The translations under genes were made by a program, and so were the position numbers. A stretch of 63,997 nt of DNA, counting the filler, from Malassezia furfur (taxonomy: Eukaryota), in NCBI GenBank assembly GCA_052055015.1. It is 3 parts of 3 records of this genome, joined end to end, with 100 filler letters (N's around TTAATTAATTAA, not from the genome) between each part and the next. Parts side by side here need not be neighbours in the genome. Positions count along the whole stretch, not along the records: positions 1 to 23,032 come from JBQJIT010000154.1; 2 more parts are not named here. The stretch is one strand, 5' to 3'. Below the pieces are notes generated by a model, which did not search any database, was not told the DNA's origin, and saw nothing but the letters and a program-made list of their open reading frames with translations. Shown here piece by piece: positions 1-12,846 of the stretch (positions are counted from its first letter, which is position 1; every line of letters starts with the position of its first letter).

Positions 1-82
1 CGGCACGCCGCCGGCGCCGCCGGCGCACCTGCAGCGCGGCGATCACGGTGCCGAGCGCGAGCCCCGACGCGAGGCGCAGCAT
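1..82 (-). CDS. 5' end of an unidentified gene running off the window edge (MLRLASGLALGTVIAALQ...)
   Basis: Minus-strand ATG at 82 followed by a hydrophobic N-terminus and a possible CAG|GTGCGC donor; CACGTG at 114-119 lies upstream, as for other genes here. Confidence 0.35.
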   Translation of the reverse strand, partial: MLRLASGLALGTVIAALQVRRRRRRRA

Positions 83-120
83 GGCGCACAGACCCAAGAG
101 ACTAAGATACAACCACGTGG

Positions 121-1669
121 CTATGTGCTCGCCGCCGCCGCTGCGGGGGGGGCGGACTCGGCCTGCTCCGCCTGCTCCGCCTGGGCCTTCTTGGCGGCTT
201 CGTCATCGCGTTTGCGGATCTCTTCCGTGGTGAGGAAGCGCCCGCCCGGGCCACGCGGGCGGCGCATCGCATGCTTGTGGCGCGACTCGTGCAGGTAGGG
301 CTTTTTGGACTCCTCGTCGAGCGCCAGCAGCCCAGAAACCCATTCCTCGGAGATCTCGGCGGGGGCGCCGCCGTTCTTTTGCTCCTCGCGCTGCTTGAGC
401 TGCATGAGCCACGTCTGCCGCCGCTTTTCCTCCATGCGCGCGCGTGCCATGCGGCGCTTGAGAATGCGCTGGTACTGCTTCGCGTTCACATACAGCGGCT
501 CCTCGTCCGAATTGGGCGCGTGCGACCGCAGCGGCGCCATGCCCTTGCTCGGATCGAGCGCGCCTGCGTGGCCGGGCGGCATGCCAGGCATGTCGAGACG
601 CAGGCCCGGCTGGCCCATGCTGTTTGCCCGGTAGTACGCGGCGGCATCGGGCATCGCAAAGTGTGCGTTGCGCTGGTCGTCGGGACCCAGGATCCACGAG
701 GTGATGTCGCCGCTGGGCGGCGCGCCGTCGTCTGCGCCGGTGATCAGCTCAGACAGGTTCGATCCGTCGTGCGGCGCGCCGTCTTCGCGCCGCCCGCCCA
801 GGCCGCGTGCGTTAGGCGGCTGAGCGCCCCGAACACCCTGGGGCGCGCCGCGGAAGCGCGACATGAGATCTGCGCCGGGCTCACCAAACGGCACCGGGCT
901 CGTTCGCCGCCGCTTGGGCATAGGCGCACCGCGTCCGCTGCGCGCTGCCGCCTCCTGCTCGAGCATCATTTGGCGGTGTGCGTCCGTGGGACGCGCATAC
1001 ATGGGCTGACCCATGCCGCGCGCTGCGCCAGGCATGGAGCCGGGGAGTGGGGGGTAGCCGTGGGCACCATTGAGCATGTCGGCCTCGTCGTGCGCGTCGT
1101 GCGGTGCATTTGCGGGCGACTGGCGCGACGGTGCGCCCCAACCTGGCAGGTTGGACGGGCCGCGCAGCGGCAGACCCGACGGCAGACCGGCCTGAGGGTG
1201 TGCGTACGAATTGACGTCAGGCACATCTAGTGGCACAGCAAACGAGCCAGGCGGCTGCTGTATGTAAAATGCGTCCAGCTGGGGGGCGCCAGCCGAGCCC
1301 ATATCGCCCGTGTCGCCGCCGTGCTGGTTCAGGTAGGGCACAAGGTGTCCGCTGGGGTAGGCGCCGCCGCCGCCCTCGGCCCCGTGTGGCGCGCGCGCCG
1401 GCGGCGAATTAGGCTGTCCATGGTGCCCGGCGTAAAAGGGATGCGTGTTCTTCGGTGTCAGTCCTGCTTGCGCGCACGCCCAGCGCGTCCATACCCCGGT
1501 CGGGGTGCGGGGCGGGCGGGCGGTGCGCCGGGGGACGTACCTGCGGATAATACATGGCGTTCGAGTCGCCCTGCCGGAGCGCCTGGTTACCAAGAATTGA
1601 ATTCAGGGGGAATCCTGAGCTGAGTGCGGACGCGGACCCCAGTCCGTTGCCGCCATGCGCGTCCGACAT
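121..1669 (-). CDS. HAP2: CCAAT-binding factor subunit B (NF-YA/HapB); exons 1669-1541 and 1449-121
   Basis: [18 protein letters not shown]...[29 protein letters not shown] signature; a 91-nt GTACGT...CTGACACCGAAG intron (1450-1540) joins MSDAHGG...YYPQ to NTHPFY in frame. Confidence 0.92.
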
Positions 1670-1765
1670 CGCGAGCGATCTGAGCGTCGTCGTGGCGCGG
1701 AGGGCGATTTGATTGGTTTTTCCCGTGACGCGCCGAGACCGTGGCTCGGAGAGAAAATCACGTGA

Positions 1766-4700
1766 CTACGAATGCGCGGTGTTGTACTTCTGGACCACGC
1801 CCGAGATCTGCTTAAAGAGCCACAGGCGCGTGCTCGTCTCGTTGATCGGCAAGAAGGGGCCAATCACGCCGCCACGCAGCACGAGCGAAATTCCGCTGCT
1901 TTCGAGCCTGCAAGGTGAGTAGGGTAGACGTACGAAATCGTAGACAGATCGGGCCACACCACCTCCCATAGCACCTTGAGCTTCGCCGTGCGGATGTACA
2001 AGATGCGGTGTTCGGTCAGCATGATGGTCGAGCCGCCGCTGGGGCCAGGCGTGTCGACGTGCGCGATGTAGTGGTCGTCCTGCACGCGCCCATGGTCCAG
2101 CTGGTACAGCCAGTATTGCCCCAGCGCCTCACGCGCCGAGTACGGACGCACAATGTCGTCCAGCGCAATGTACCGCGGCAAACGCACACGGTCAATGTCG
2201 TTCTGCTCGAAAACGGTCGTGGTATTGCGCAGGCCCTCGGTCACGTTGCTGGCCAGGTCAAAGAAGCCCGCCGCAGGCTTGGTCACCGCGCCCACCAGAC
2301 CGCGACCCAGGCCTTGAACAAAGCCGGCCGCGCCGCTCTGCTCCGCGCCCTCGAGCGGGCGTAGCGCCAGGCCCTCGATGCCGCTCGCGACACTCGTAAA
2401 CAACGAGTTGGCGCCGGTCGTGATGCCGTACAGTGCGTGCCGCGGCTTGTTCCGCATGTGCGTCGCACGCCAGCGGTTCTGGAAGTCGCGGTCCATAGTC
2501 ACCGCCGCAAGGCCCTTGGAGATGGACCCAGTGAGCTTCGACACACTGTCGCTCACACCAAACACGGTCTTCTTCACAAAGTTGCTTGCACCACGTGCAA
2601 TGCCAAAGCCCAACTCGCGGTTGCCGTGCATGACCAGGCCGTAGTACGGCTCGTAGAAGATGTCGGCCACACCCGAGCTCACATTGTTGAACAGGCCCAC
2701 CGGGTTGCCGAGGAAGTCGGCAGAGCCCAGAATGCGGTGCACCTGGAACAGGAACTCTTGGCCATAGTGGTATGCGATGCGCTGCTGCAGCACCGATGCG
2801 GACATACGCACATTCTCCATCACGAGCGCGTTGAGGCGCACGGGCGCGTCGTTGATGTTGCCGAGCGCCATGAGCAGCGCGTTGAAGATGAACAGGAAGA
2901 GCGTACGTGAACTTTCCGTATCGTCGACGTCGACACGGTCCGTTGCCATGAACGACAGGTTCAGCGCGAGCGGCTGGAGGTGCAGGACCTCGATGTAAAT
3001 CTGGTCCTGGCGCTGTGCCATGTCGCCGGGCTCCGGGATGTCGTTGGGATGCTCGATGAACTCGGTGTCGTCGCGCGGGCCTGTCGCGCCCGCGGTGCTG
3101 AACCGCACAAAGTTGTACACGGCGAACAGGAAGTTTTCGTCGAGCTCCGCCGTGAGCTCCTGGAGAAGCACCGAGGCGTACTTGATGTGCTGCACACCGT
3201 GCGTCTCGTCCTTCAGGCGGATGACGCTCGCCTGCAGCGTGGGGTGAACGTCGAGCTCCTTGCCATCCTTGGGCACGATCGTGGGATAGAGCACGATCGG
3301 GAAGATGCTCCCGTACATCTGATTGTCGATCTGGATCCACTTGCAGATGACGTTCACTGCCGTGGTCACCTGCGACTCGGTGTAGCTCAGCTCGAGGCCA
3401 CGGAAGGTGCAGTAGGCAATTTCCACGACCTTGTTCGATACGAGCGACACACCGACGCCTGCAAGTTGCACCTTGAACGCAAACACGATCGAGTCATCCA
3501 CGTCGACGGCCTCGAAGCCCGCCTCGCGCACCTCGCTGCGGGCGCCTGTTTGTGCGAGCTTGAAGTTGCTCTTCGACTCGGAGTAGGGCGAAATGACGAG
3601 CGTCTGCGTCTCGCCATCAGCACGTACGTCGAGAGAGACGACGCTCGTGCCGGTGCCCTCGCTGCTGGGGAAGCGGAAGGGCAGCAGCGAGCCGATCTCG
3701 AGCACGTTGATTACGCGTTCGCGGCCATTGATCACGAGACGGATGTACTTGTCCGTGTCCGCGGGGTAGTCCCACGCGTACTTCATCTTGCTGCGCGGCT
3801 TGAGCACGTAGCGCTTCAGCGTCGCATCCGGGCCCTCTTCGCTCTCGAGCGCACGGCGCGCGCGCGGCGTATCGCTCGCGACCGAGCTCTGCATGAACGT
3901 CACGCTAAAGTCGGTCTCGTTGCGCATCAGGAACGGCCAAGGGCCCGTGGCATGGCGCACCTGGATGAAGATCACAGGACCGTTCATCTCGACGTCGACG
4001 TCGAGCAGGTGCTGCGGCTGATCAGGCCGCATCACACGCAGGTACACCTTGCCAATGTTGTCGATGCTGAATGGCGCGGTCCAAGCGCTGTCACCAAACT
4101 TGATCTTGGCGTGCCTGGTGCTGTCCACGTGGAGCCAGTGCAGCGGCTTTAGCTCCTGTGCGGGGATCGCAAAGTCCTCGCCGCCGACCGATTCGGTGAG
4201 GTGGATGGTTTCGTGCAGGTGGTTGTGCACCATGTAGCGCGGCGTCAGCTTGATCACCTTGGACAGCTTGAACTTCCCGAGACCATCCTCCACGTTCAGA
4301 CCAAAGTGCGCCTCGCGGTCGCCGCTCGCCGACTGGATCGTCAACTCCACCTCGGAGCCAATCACGTCGAACGACAGTGGGCGCGACCACTGCGAGTCAC
4401 CGGCGCGCAGCACGAACCGGTTGCGCCGCTCGTTGGTGCGCGACACGAGGAACGGCACACACGACGCCGCGCCGAGCGGCTCGTCGCCCTTGCCCATCTC
4501 TTGGCCGGCAACGGCACGCGTGTGGCCGCCCCAGTGACGCGCCTTGATCGCGACCGGCAGTTGGCTCTGGTTGAGGAAGATGTACGGCGAGTAGATCTGC
4601 ACCTTGAACGCACCGCCCGAGTCGGGGTAGGTGTGGTAGTGCAGGCGCAACTCGAGCTTTTGGTTCGCGGTATCGGCGAGTGGCAGCACATGCTCCACAG

Positions 4701-7700
4701 GGAAGTCGTCGGGGTTGTCCGACGCGATAATGGCAAACTCGCTCGGGGAGTACACCGAGTCGGAGATCTCGATGCTCAGCAACAGCAGGTGCTCCAGCTG
4801 CACGACGTGCACGGGCGAGATGCCGCCCGAACGCAAAAAGCTCGACCAGTTGTGGTTGAGGTTCTTGTCAAACAGCCGGTACTGTACGTCGAACGGCAGC
4901 AAGTTTTCCACCCGACCGGCGCACGCAGAGACAGTGTGAGCTTGGGGTAGTGTCGCTGCGACGCGCTCTTCAGGTCGCGCACCGCGAAGCCCTGGAACAG
5001 GAAGGGCGCCTCGCCCTCGTTCTGCGCAGGACACTCAAACTTGTGCGTCGAGCTGTACATCAGGTCGCGCCACGCAACCGCCTCCTTCGACCAGTCGTAT
5101 CCGAAGCCGGGGTCGGGACGCACGCGCACCTTCCGGTGGTACGCGTCGATGATCGGCAGCGCGTTGTCGGTGCCCGGCGCAATGCGCAGCACCGTGTCGC
5201 TCAGCTCGCCGTCCTCGTCCAGCACCCCGATCTCGATCGGGATCAGCGCCTGGTTGTCGATGCGGAAGGTGGAGCGGAAGGTGATCACCTTGACGTTGTT
5301 CTCCAGCTTGATGTCGCATAGCAGGCGATACGCCGTGCGGTTCAGCTTGGGACGCAGCGTCACGACCGACTCGCCCTCACGGTCGACACTCACATTGCGA
5401 ACGCGCTCCCATGGCATGTCGTCAATCTGCACGGCGAGGCGATTATAGGTCACCTCGAGCGGGTTCTCACGCAGCGACTTCCAGTCGCCAAACATCCACG
5501 GGATCTGCGCACCGTCCTCAATGCGGTGCGACGTGGGCCGCGGGCCGGTCGACGTCTTCTGCTCGGACCACACGCTGATGCGGTAGCCGGTGCGGTTGCG
5601 GATGCGGAAGGGCGCAATGTGCCGCATGTCCTCACGGATGTTGTGGTCCTTGTCGAGTAGCTTGACCACATTGTGCGTCGTCTCGAGCATTGTGGCACTC
5701 ACGTTCAGCTCGAGGCGGCGCTGCGCCGCCAGCGTGAACGTCGACGACGGCGTCGTCAGTTGCCGCTCGTAGCGCACGTCAAGCATCCACGGCTCCATCA
5801 GCGGCTCCCAGTACGACAGCGACAGGTTGTAGTTGTTCAGCCACATGGTGAGCGTCGTATGCACCCGCAAGTCGGCAGACCAGTCGACTGCATTCACCGT
5901 GCACGGGTCGAGGTGCAAGTCGAGCGCAGGAAGCATGTGCGCCTCGCTGATGACCATCACCTGCACACCTGCAATGTGTACACTGAGCTCCTCACGCGCA
6001 GCGAGCATCTTGGCGTCGTCTTCGTCGTTGTCATCGTCATCGCTCGACTCGTCCTCGGACATGGTCTCCGTCGACGGGTTCTGCGACAGCATCGACGCCT
6101 CGCTCGCCACGCCCTGCGTGACGGTGCTGGCCGCCGAAGACGGTGCCGCACGCGACTCGGTGTTCGACTGGGCCGAGAGCGCAATCGCGTTCTCCATTAC
6201 ACTCGACAGCAACTGCACATCGGAGCGCGTCAGACGCACGAGCAGCGTCTCGATCTCCACGTCGATGCTCGTCACGGGGCCGGTTGGCGTCGCGCGCGAG
6301 TCCATCGAGACGGAGATGTCGACGTTGTTCAGCAGGCGCTGCCGGTCCTTGGGCGCATTCATGCGCCACACAAAGATGCCGAGCTGCGTCACGCTGAGCA
6401 CCAGCACGGTCTGTTGCGAGATCACCACCTGCCGCACGAGCAGCACAATTGCCTCCGAGTCGGCGCGCTCCGGCGACGACAGCAGAATGATGCGCGGCTC
6501 CACAATGTTCACGCGGAACGCAATGCTCGTGCCATGTTGCTCACCCGCGTCGGGCATCGCCGGCGCGCCGGCGGCCGTGCGCGAGCTGCGCAGCGTCTTG
6601 GCAACGCTCGACGCGCGCCGCGAGTGCCGGTGCCGCGACGAAGAGGAAGGCGGAGGCGCCGCCGCAGCGTCGGGCAGTGCGCTCGTAAAGAAGTTGAGCA
6701 GCGCAAACAGCGGGTCGAGCGAGAAGATAAACTTGGGACTGTCGAGCGTCACGACGGCCAGCACGTTGCTGTCCGGCCCGGGCGTCGCCGAGTAGTTCAA
6801 CATAAACTGCTTGCCGTCGTGCGAGCTGGCAGGGATCACCTCGCGGAAGTGCGTCTCGCGGCTCGGGCGCGTGTCGGTCGCCGAGAGGCTCTGCAGACTC
6901 ACCTCGGCCTCGAGCCCGGTGCGGGGGTGCTGGTGCATCTTGAGTAGCGCATCGCTCAGCGTGAAGCGGAACAGCTGGCCGGCCTCGAGCTTTGCCTTGG
7001 CCGTCGCCGTCTCGTCGTACAGGTCGAGGGTCACGTTGTGCACGTCGAAGTGGCCGTGGTACAGTGTGGGGACCGCCTCAGCGGGCGGTGCCGCCTGAGC
7101 TGCTTGCACACGGTCGACGGCCATTGCATTCTCATGCGCACTCGCGAGCGGCAACGGCGGCGTATCTCCCGTATCCAAATCGGCATCTTCCTCCGGCACC
7201 GCGAATGCTTCGGGCACCGAGCGCAGGATGGCGAGCAGCAGCGTATACTGCTGCTGCGTCAGCATGAGGTGGATGTCGGACATGTGCGCAGCAAAGAACA
7301 TTTGGCGCAGATGGTCGTCCGACTGGTGGTCCTGCTCGGCACCCGCGGCGATCACCGCCGCACCGCTCGTAGTGTCTGCGGTTGCCGGCGTGGCACACAC
7401 CTCGGCGGCAGCCGACTTGGGAGGCGCCTTGGCGTCGTCGTCGTCGGCCTCGCCGGACTTGGTCTTGTCAGACTCGGCCTCGCCCTCGTCCTGCGCCTTC
7501 GATGTTGCGGCGTGCGGCGCGCCATGCTCGCTATCCTTTGCCAGAGGATCCGTCTGCTGGATCTGCACGCCAATCTCGACGTCCTCGAGCATGCGCAGGT
7601 CGTTGCCTTTGCCGTCCGTAGTGATGCGCGAGTCGAGACGGATCTGGCGCAGGCCCGCATTGAGCGTCATCTTCGCCTGCTTCTTCTCCACGGCGAACGC

Positions 7701-10700
7701 ATTGTGTGCGTACAGCTCGCCGAGGTGCGCCGTGAACATGTCCGGCAAAGACACATCGCGCGGCAACAGCACGATCGGGCTCTTGACCAGAAGGTCGTAC
7801 TTGACCTTGCTCTCGGACGCTTGCAGCTGCGACGCCTGCGCCGACGCCGCGGAAGACGCCGCATCGTACACGGCCTTCATGCGCGCAAACTTGCTAAAGA
7901 ACGCAAGTAGCTCGTGGATCGGCTCGTTGACCAGCGCGACTTTGAGCGCACCGCACCGCAGCCACACGGACGTGTCGTAGCCGGGGTACTGCGAGTCGTT
8001 CGGGTCAAATGTCTCGAGTGCAAAGTCGGCCAGCTCGCCACCCTCGATCGACAGCAGGTTCGCAAACGCGGGGTCCGCCCGCTTGCGCTCCACCTCGTCC
8101 CGCAGCGACAGGGAGCCGACACGCGTCGCAATGCGCATCGTGTTGTTGCGCAGCAGAATCGCAATGTCCGCCGTCGAGAGCGTCAGCGTGCTCAGCAGCG
8201 TCGCGTCGTCGTTCAGGCGCAGCTGGATGGACGACAGTTTGACCTTGATCCGCAGCTTGTGCGCCGGTGCATCCTCGTCCTCAGGCGGGGGCGGTGTCGG
8301 CTCCTCGGTCGGCGCCGTGAGCGTGCGACTGTCGCTCAGCTCGCTTGGCGTCTCCGAGGGTGTCGCGTCCGTCTTGCCGACAAAGGTGAGCATGATCCAG
8401 TCGTACACCGCTAGCACCGTTACGCGCGTGAGCATCAGGTTGATCGTTGAGAGGTCCACAAGCACCGACTGGTCGATCCCTTCGAACTCGTCCCAGTAGT
8501 TGGGCGCCTCGCGTGCAACATGGACGTAACGCACCGACACGAGGTCGTGCGCGTCGACGCCGTCGGACTGTGACCCCTCGCCGGTGATCGACTCGAGCGG
8601 GCGCGAAGTGATCATGTGCTGGAACATGGGCGGCTGCACGACGATCTTGTCGACGAGGTCAAGCGACCCGAGATTCACATCGACGTTCAGCTGGTACGGC
8701 AGCACCGACACGCCCAGCCGGAAGTTTTGGAAGACGGCCTCCACCAGGAGCTGGTCGGTCTGGCCAGGCTCGGTGGCCGACTTGCTGATGGTACCTTGCA
8801 CACAGTCGACCACCAGCGAGAACTCGAACGTCTTTTGCAGTGCACGCAGCTTGTCAGGCACATGCGCCTGCGACTCTTCAAAGAAGTCCTTATCGTCGTC
8901 GTCGTCGTCACTCTTCTCGCTCGCACCACTCGTGTCGCTCTCGACGCTGCCCTCGTACTCGGACAGGATCGCAGCATCCTCCTCGCCACGCAGCTGCTCC
9001 ACAAGCCGCTCACGCCGCGCCTGCACCAGGTCAAAGGGCGCACGGTCCTCGACCGGCTGTGTGGGCGCCGCATGCGCCTCGGCCGGCGCCTCGTCGTGCG
9101 TGCGCGGAATGCTCACATCGATGAGGCGCATCAGCGTATGGTACTTGCCATCGGAGAAGTTGATGTTGAGCCGCGGCAGCTTGCCTGTCACCTTCAGCTT
9201 GGTCAGGTTGGGCGCGCGGGGCAGGATCGAGTTGTGCAGTGTGAAAGTGAGGTTGATGCGCTCCAGCAGATGCAAATCGCGGTCCTTCAACTCGCCCTGC
9301 AAGCTCTCCATACAGTCCTGGTAGTTGCCGCCCAGCACGAGCTGCGTCGAGTCCAGCTTGATAAAGTAGCGGTCGTACATCAGGTCCTCGAGCTCACGGT
9401 AGTCCTGCTCCGTGTACTGCCGGCTGTGCTTGGCACGGATCGCATCGAGCGACTTGGGGTCGGCCAGGAGCGAGCGCACCGCAATGTGACCCGCATCCAG
9501 CACGACGTGCTCCGACTCGCGCGTGGTAATGTCTTCGGGCAGCACAATGATGGGCGCCTGCACATCGAGTGCCAAGTCCACCGTCTTGTGGTTCTCGAGC
9601 GCATTCTCGAGACCGAGACGCGTCTCCTTGCGGATCCCCTCGAGTGTCTCGCTCGCGACGTCAAGCAGCGCACCGATCAGCTCCAGCTCGTTCTCGGGTG
9701 GTTTGAAGAAACGGATGATCGACTCGATGTACGACCGGTGATACACGATCTCCATCGACCGCATCGTCAGCGACAGCGCATTGTCGGCGCGCCCATCCAG
9801 CGGGTTATGCTCAAAGACCAGTTGGAAGAAGGGGTTCCGCGGATCGCTTTCCTCCTCGACCTGTTCCTGTGCCTCCGAAGTGCTGAGGCTCTGCATCGGC
9901 GAGTCTTTGACGTGCACGATCTGGGGGTACTGCGTCTGCGACGAGGTGCCATCCATCACACACAGCGCACCGAGCGACGCCGAGACATCAAAGTTGTTGA
10001 TGCGCTGATTCATCTCGCCCTCGAATTCGTCAAACACCAACGACAGGATATCGCGCTGCGTCGCATGGTCCCGCAGGTTGAGGAAACCACGGCGCAGCTG
10101 CGACGTAACATGCATCTTAACCACCTCGGGCGGCAGGTCGTCAAGCTGCGCAAGCAGAGACGAACCTGTGGTCTCGTCCCACTCGATCGCATCGTACAGC
10201 TCCTTGCGCTGTTCCGTGTTGAGCGTCGGTGTGACATCCTCCGACTTGGCTTGGTCCTGGCCCGAGCTAGGCCAGATCCAAGAGAACCAGCCGCCCTTGT
10301 TGGACTCGTTGCCCCCAGCTTTGCCGTCAGTAGCCTCGGCAGCCTTGTCCGTCGTGCCGGCTTCGGTTGTCTCCGTGGCCTCCGGCTGCTCGGCCTTCGA
10401 TGCGTCACTGTGCTCCTTGCGGATCTCGCGACGTGCAATAGAGCGGAAGAGGCGGATGTCGCGGTAGTCGAGCTTCCGCTCGAGCAGCTTCATTCCATCG
10501 AGCGACTCGGACGGAGGCGCCTCAGTGGCTCCCTTGGGCTTGGACGCTTCGACCAGCTTAAAGAGTCGGACATACTCGCGGCGCATGTCGCGGCGCTCCT
10601 TGAAGTAGTCCCACGACCACACACGGTGCTTCTGGTGCACTTCGTTGACGATCGCTTTCGCAGCAAACTGGAAGAGCGCACGCGGCTTGTTCTCCTCGAG

Positions 10701-11666
10701 CTGCTCGGCCGTCGGACGGAACGCGCGGTACTGCGCCTGACGCGCATAGAAATGGAACAGATCCATTACACAGATCCCGTCACGGTACTGCTCGTCGTCC
10801 AGCGTAAAACCAATCTGGTCAAACGCGAGCTGCGCATCGATGGCCGGCTCCTCCTTGGTGGCATGATGCCGGATCACGAGTTTGCCAGCACCCGAAACCG
10901 GTTCCAAAATGTACTGGTGATTCGCGCGGTGCTCGTTGGTGGGGATCAGCTCGTTGAGCTTCTGCTGCAGTTCCTCCGGCGAGCTTGCGTCGAGGAACCC
11001 GGTGCTCGTATTCCAGTACATAGAGAGCGAGTCGAGACGTGCGAGTTTGTGGATACCCTGTGCACTGTTGTGCACAAATGTGGGCTCCCAATTCTCGTCC
11101 GTGGACACCGCAGACAGCTCGGCCAGCGTCAAGCCGATCGCGAACGGGTACTCGGGGTTCGAGATGGCATCCTCGTACCGGATATGGATGTTGCGCACGG
11201 TGATCTGCAAGTTGTCCACGATCTTTGTGACCAGTGAGCTTATGAACGACTCGTTCTGCTTTGCCGTTGCTTCGTCCTCGCCCTTGTTCACCAACCCTTG
11301 GGAGAGAAACTCGGCCTGCTCTAGCTTGGCTTGCTTCTGATTCTGTAGACGCTCCTCTTCCTCTGCTTCATCCACCTCGACGCTTGCACCACGCGGCGAT
11401 GCAAGCAGTGAGACGTTCTCAATCAACACGCGGACAGGTTTTCCCTTCAAATTCGACCAGGGGATGAAGAGGGTCAGTTGGCCCAGGTAGCCTTCCTTCA
11501 CATCGATCGGAAGCCGAAGTTTGTCTAACGCTGAGCGCTTCAAACGCAGATTCTTCAATTTGACATCCCCGTTCCAGATACCGACGTTGAGCTGATTCGT
11601 ACTCAGATTATCGACATAAGCCGATAGAAATCGGTTCAATACCGAGGCCAACACGCCCTCGAGCAT
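1766..11666 (-). CDS. VPS13: Vacuolar protein sorting 13 bridge-like lipid transfer protein; 1-nt frameshift at about 4912 and a 26-nt intron at 1908-1933
   Basis: Chorein N-terminus MLEGVLASVLNRFLSAYVDNL...GIWNGDV; repeat region; C-terminal LGSADFLGNPVGLFNNVSSGV and RVRLPRYI motifs; the 2296-aa and 1056-aa ORFs join at LRAPV/VENLLPFD. Confidence 0.95.
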
Positions 11667-11970
11667 GGTAGATAGCGCCCGTCAAGGGTGTTCTTATGCC
11701 GTATAATACAGAATCGTCGTGACCTTCTTCCCAGAAAGTGTGGATACCCAGCGAGATGTGCCCGGCTCGTGAGACCAACGCGGAACACACGCGTGTGGGC
11801 TTGTGCTGCACAGTGCGCGCACTTGCGGGGCCCGTTCAGGGTTTTGGTCAGGTGACCTACCCACGCGAACAATTCAGGGACCGCGCAGGCATGGTGCGTC
11901 CGCACTGTGGAATCGGACCCAAGGGGGTCGTTAAGCCTACAGTGCCTACAGGGAATCAGGGAGTGCGCTA

Positions 11971-12645
11971 TCAGTTCGACGCCGCATGCGATGTCTCAAA
12001 CAGATTACCATCATCCTCCTTGGGCTCAGCTGCTTGCTCTTCGCGAGCACGGCGTTGCGCATCAATGAGGGCGAGACGGCGCTCGTTCAAGACAAACTTG
12101 ATGCGAGCCATCGACTTGCGAACCTGATGTTAACAAAATAGACAACGTACCCTGTGATGACGGTAAGACAAGCTCTCGCCGAGCATATGGGCAGCGCCCT
12201 CCGCGTTGTTCCGCTTGATCTCTTCCCAGCTTGTCGCGAGGCGGTTACGCTCCATCAAAAGCACATACCAAAGGTTGTGAAGGTCAGCACTGCTCTTGCG
12301 GCGCAACTCTGGAGCGAGCCACGAGCGTGACGAGTTGTCCTTGCCGAGATCGGCTTCAGTGACAGCTTGGGGCACGTATAGTGTATCGCGCTCATCAGCG
12401 TGTTTTCCTTCTGTGCCAGCCTTAGGTACTTCCACAGGTACACGCTGGAAAAACCGCATCAATGGATGGTCAGGGTATAAGCGAGCGACCTCAATAGGGT
12501 CCTTCGGTGTGGGAGTACCAGCCATGACATGCGCTCCGGGGACCAGCCGCGGCGGCCGTGGTGCCTGCGCACGCAGTGCGCTCGTGCAGATTCCCCGCAC
12601 CGAGCTTGTTGCGGCGCGCATTGATCCTGCGCGAGAAAAGACCAT
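11971..12645 (-). CDS. MRPL4: Mitochondrial ribosomal protein uL29m (MRP-L47 family); 27-nt intron at 12124-12150
   Basis: RSWLAPELRRKSSADLHNLWYVLLMERNRLAT and, after splicing, HRVRKSMARIKFVLNERR; Arg-rich presequence-like N-terminus. Confidence 0.88.
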
Positions 12646-12846
12646 CGTCGTCGGTGGGACTTCTTCTGGCGCGCACGCGGGTCCACGTGGAAGCACGTGG
12701 ACCAAGAAATCTGGCTTGGTAAGGTGCGCGCCCGATTTGTCTCGGAAGCTTTCGGACAATTTGAACGCCCACTCCCCCAATTGCGTGAGCGAGCGAAGGC
12801 GTAGTCCCACATTTTTTTACGCGGGCCTGGCCTTGATCATTGGACG

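Noticed and set aside
11890..11945. tRNA-like 3' end on the minus strand (GGGTCCGATTCC...ACCA)
   Set aside because: No cloverleaf, D-arm or correct T-arm spacing; kept only as a generic hairpin
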